Shown piece after piece: positions 60,624-64,000 of a stretch of 64,000 nucleotides of DNA; the first letter of the stretch is position 1; each line of letters begins with the position of its first letter. The stretch covers positions 14,251 to 78,250 of the forward strand of contig JAZRLA010000004.1 of NCBI GenBank assembly GCA_045646605.1, in the 5' to 3' direction. A program made the translations under genes and the position numbers. Origin of the DNA: Candidatus Enterousia sp. (GTDB lineage Bacteria > Pseudomonadota > Alphaproteobacteria > Rs-D84). The notes under the pieces are model-generated. The model ran no database searches. It was not told the origin of the DNA and saw only the letters and a program-made list of their open reading frames with translations.

Positions 60624-63600
60624 ATGAAATTCATACGTTTGGTTGTATTTGCGTTATTCCTTGGTCCGTGCGCGGTGCATGCGGCGGCGCCGACACCGTT
60701 TGGACTTGCGTCGCAATTGTTGGCGGCGGCGCGTAATGCCGATATTCAACAGGTGCAATCGTTGGTTGCGGCGGGTGCAAATGTGAATTTTATTGATGGG
60801 ACGGGGTTGTCGCTTGTTTGTACGGCGTTGATGAATAACGATTTGCGCGCGGCCCAGATTTTACAGATGTATGGCGCGGATGCGTCGAGTTGCGATCAGC
60901 AAATAAGAAGATACAGGAACCGTAATAAGCCAGAGCGAACTACGGGGGGGCTGTTCGGTGGCCTGTCCACCGCCCAAGGGATGACATTGGCGGCGGCGGG
61001 TGCCGCCGTTGTTGTAGGTGGGCTTTTTTTGTTAACCGATGCGTTTGATGCGGATAATAATAATGGATATGCGGGCAGTGGTGCCGGCGGTGGCGGTTCC
61101 GGTGGTTCCGGTGGTGGAACCGGTGCCGGCGCGGCGCTGTTTACAAACGGGTTGCCGTATGGTCCATTGTTGCCAAGTGCATCGGCAGAAAGTAAAAACT
61201 ATGCGGAAAATTTGTCGTATTATGCCCCAAACGATACGACAAGTATTTTGTACCAGGATTTTCAATATATGAATGCAAATGAAAATTACCTGTTGCTGAT
61301 GCGGGGGTATTCGCCACTTGCACGTGGATATTTGGGAATGCGGACATTGCGTGATTCAAATACGTATGCGCCGCTTAGCTTGACTGATTATGCTTTGGGC
61401 CCCGGTTATCCGGTTGAAGGTGGGCGGCCGGTCAATGTTGCACTGGTTACTGCGAATGGTGTAAATGCGGCGGCAAATACGTCACTGGCAGATAAATTGC
61501 TTGTTTGGACAATGAATAACGGGACGTCGGCGCTGGTTCCGGCAAATAAGGATATGATTTCCAGTAAGTATTACAATAATACTATTGTTTTGGGTGACAC
61601 AATAAGTGGTTATACCACGATGGAAGATGGTAATATTTTAAGTGTTCTTGATTGGTCAAATTCGGGGACTGCGGTTTATAATGGTGCGGCAACAGATGCT
61701 GATAATAGGCTTGGTAAAATTGTTGCTGGGAATACAGCGGGTTATTCAAATGCAGACTATATCGGTTTTATGCCGAATGGTCAGATGACGGTCTATCGTA
61801 CCGGTGGTGGAACGCAGATGGTTAATTTGACGAGTCCGGTGGAGGCCGGAACGTATGAGCATGGGGGCGATGAACTTGCCACCGGTGATACGGTGAATAT
61901 AACGGGCTTGAGTGATGAAGCCTTGGACGTAACGGTTACTGGGCGGGCGGTTGTTTTGTCCAATGAAGCAAATACTTACAATGGTTATATCGGTTTAGAC
62001 GGGTTATTGTATGTTGATTCAACCGGTGATGGACGGGCGAATTTTGCGTATGAAATGAATGCAGGAACACTTTCGCAGACCAAGGAATTACAAGAATCGA
62101 ATTATTATAATTATGCCGCAATGTTGAATGCGGCGGGGCGTACAAGTCTTAGCTATGATGCGAATTCGGGTGGGCGTTCAAAGGTTGATATAATTGCAAA
62201 TGTCGATGTTATTGAACCTTTGCATTCGCCGAGTGCGGCGACGATTCAAACAGTTTTGAATGCCGGACAAAGTGGGTATCAAACAAAATTTGGAAATTTG
62301 ATTGCGGCTGTGTATGGAAATACGGGTGAAAATAATTTGCCACAAGATGATGCCACGTCTTTTTTTAATGGGTTGGGCGTTTCTTATTCGCCATTGACCG
62401 TGTTTTCAACGGGTGGAACATTGATGTCGGGGACGGGGTGGGGTGATGCGCCACTTGCCGCGACATTTGAAAATGCGGCGCCGTTGGTTTATTCAAACCT
62501 TGAACATTTGTTTATGTCGGTTGTTGCGGTTGGTGCGTCCACCGCGGGCGAAAGTGGAATTTCTGCGAATACTGATACGAACACAAATCCATATCAGTTG
62601 GCCCAGTGGGCGGTGCCGGTTAGCCCAAACGATACAGATGGTGATTGGAATTATTACAAGGCACGTACTTGTGGTGTTGCAGGAACCGGTGGGGGCGGTG
62701 TTGACCCTTGGTGCTTTGCGGCGGTTGGTGTGACCGATGAAATGGCGACCGCGGCGGCGGCCGGGGCGGCGGGTGTTTTGACTTCGGCTTTTTATTATAT
62801 GACACCTCAACAGATATTTATGCTGATGGCGCTGACCGCGGATGGACCGTTTTTGTCGCGGCTTAGTTCCGGCCAGACGCTTACGGAATCCGCACTTATT
62901 TCGCATTTGCAATCAATGTATGAAATGCCCGGGTCATATCAATGGCGCATAGATAATAATGGTGAAAACTATTTGGATGTATTTAAAGAGGTTTTTGGTT
63001 ATGGCGTTATAAATCTTGAAAGGGCGACAACGCCGGGAACGAATTTATATTTCTATTCGGGTGGTGATATAGTATCAACATCGGGAAACGCATATTGGCG
63101 TGCGGCGTCGACAACTGGATTCCGCGGGTCATCGGTGCTTAACCTTGGACGGGCGGCGATAAGTACCGCGGCATACGATGTTTTGGAAAGTATTGATGGA
63201 ACAATGCGGTTACCACGTATTTGGAAAAATGAATTTTCACTTGGTGGGGATGGGCGGCATGCGCTTTATATGGGTGATGTGTTGGCGGATTTACGTGTGC
63301 GTGATGACGATAATATGGTGCAAATCGGAAATATGTCGTTTGGTTTGGCGCGGTCGGAACGCGCGTATGATGATGGTATGGGCGGTGTTGATAATATGCG
63401 GTTTGAATATGCAAATGATTCTTGGAAAATTTCCGCGGATTATCAACGTTATTTGACGGACACGGAATCGCGGTTTACGGGGGGGGCGAATCCAATTTTG
63501 GGTTTGGCATCAAATGCGGTATCGACAGGTGCGGAATATAAATATGGTAATTTATTCTTTGGTGCGCGGGGTGTTTCAGGTGCGATTACGGATGAAGGTT

Positions 63601-64000
63601 TGTTGGCCAACGACCCGACGATTTCCGCGAACTATGAACCGATGAAGTTAGGGAATTTTTCAGCGGTGCAATCAAGTGTTGGTTGGCGTGCGAAAAAATT
63701 TGGTTTAACAACAAGTGTTGGTATTGCGCATGAAAGTGATACATTGCTTGGGGCGTCGGGAACGGGCCTTTTGGGATTGGGTGCGGCGGAAACGCAATAT
63801 GTTGATGCGGATATGTATTGGAATTTAATGGATAATGTTCGTGTGCGTGGGCGGGCAACATTTGCGCGGACGATGCCGGGTGTGGACGGTGGCGCGATAA
63901 TTTCGCTTTCCAGGTTAGATTCAAATGCGTTTTCTGTGGGTGTTGATGCGCATAAATTTTCGTTTGGTGTGTCGATGCCACTTGGGGTTACGCGTGGAAA
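60624..64000 (+). CDS. Large secreted protein (3' partial): ankyrin repeat, degenerate subtilase-like domain, beta-barrel-like C-terminus
   Basis: Not in the ORF track because it runs off the end; hand translation gives MKFIRLVVFALFLGPCAVHA, LVAAGANVN, CGVAG..PWCFAAVG, FGYGVINLERA in one frame at the points checked. Confidence 0.8.
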   Translation, partial: MKFIRLVVFALFLGPCAVHAAAPTPFGLASQLLAAARNADIQQVQSLVAAGANVNFIDGTGLSLVCTALMNNDLRAAQILQMYGADASSCDQQIRRYRNRNKPERTTGGLFGGLSTAQGMTLAAAGAAVVVGGLFLLTDAFDADNNNGYAGSGAGGGGSGGSGGGTGAGAALFTNGLPYGPLLPSASAESKNYAENLSYYAPNDTTSILYQDFQYMNANENYLLLMRGYSPLARGYLGMRTLRDSNTYAPLSLTDYALGPGYPVEGGRPVNVALVTANGVNAAANTSLADKLLVWTMNNGTSALVPANKDMISSKYYNNTIVLGDTISGYTTMEDGNILSVLDWSNSGTAVYNGAATDADNRLGKIVAGNTAGYSNADYIGFMPNGQMTVYRTGGGTQMVNLTSPVEAGTYEHGGDELATGDTVNITGLSDEALDVTVTGRAVVLSNEANTYNGYIGLDGLLYVDSTGDGRANFAYEMNAGTLSQTKELQESNYYNYAAMLNAAGRTSLSYDANSGGRSKVDIIANVDVIEPLHSPSAATIQTVLNAGQSGYQTKFGNLIAAVYGNTGENNLPQDDATSFFNGLGVSYSPLTVFSTGGTLMSGTGWGDAPLAATFENAAPLVYSNLEHLFMSVVAVGASTAGESGISANTDTNTNPYQLAQWAVPVSPNDTDGDWNYYKARTCGVAGTGGGGVDPWCFAAVGVTDEMATAAAAGAAGVLTSAFYYMTPQQIFMLMALTADGPFLSRLSSGQTLTESALISHLQSMYEMPGSYQWRIDNNGENYLDVFKEVFGYGVINLERATTPGTNLYFYSGGDIVSTSGNAYWRAASTTGFRGSSVLNLGRAAISTAAYDVLESIDGTMRLPRIWKNEFSLGGDGRHALYMGDVLADLRVRDDDNMVQIGNMSFGLARSERAYDDGMGGVDNMRFEYANDSWKISADYQRYLTDTESRFTGGANPILGLASNAVSTGAEYKYGNLFFGARGVSGAITDEGLLANDPTISANYEPMKLGNFSAVQSSVGWRAKKFGLTTSVGIAHESDTLLGASGTGLLGLGAAETQYVDADMYWNLMDNVRVRGRATFARTMPGVDGGAIISLSRLDSNAFSVGVDAHKFSFGVSMPLGVTRG

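Overview
A mostly housekeeping chromosomal window from an Alphaproteobacterium. The RpoA N-terminus and rpoA-rplQ without rpsD fit that class; the lineage-specific Cys-rich secreted proteins suggest a reduced host-associated lineage such as Rs-D84 (inference only). It holds clpB (no N-domain), rpmB, tRNA-Leu(CAA), rbfA, lepA, acpP-fabF, an acyl-CoA synthetase, tRNA-Pro(CGG), mltG, two tandem beta-barrel OMPs and the str-S10-spc cluster through rpsM-rpsK; rpoA-rplQ is detached and inverted. Many secreted/surface genes are interspersed. Top finding: a 938-aa secreted Cys-rich gene (48787-51603, -) has a dif-like (XerCD-type) 28-bp site inside its coding sequence. An inverted copy of that site starts a leaderless-protein alternative C-terminal cassette (47485-48759, +), so inverting ~2.5 kb would swap C-termini in frame: a candidate Xer-driven shufflon. 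Also notable: a GIY-YIG nuclease embedded in CGTCA-tagged REP/REPIN arrays, a four-helix-bundle gene bracketed by inverted TTAGTG(G) arrays that also occur alone, a catalytically eroded tyrosine integrase, and a catalytically eroded ankyrin-subtilase protein running off the window end. All calls come from reading the sequence; no database searches were run.
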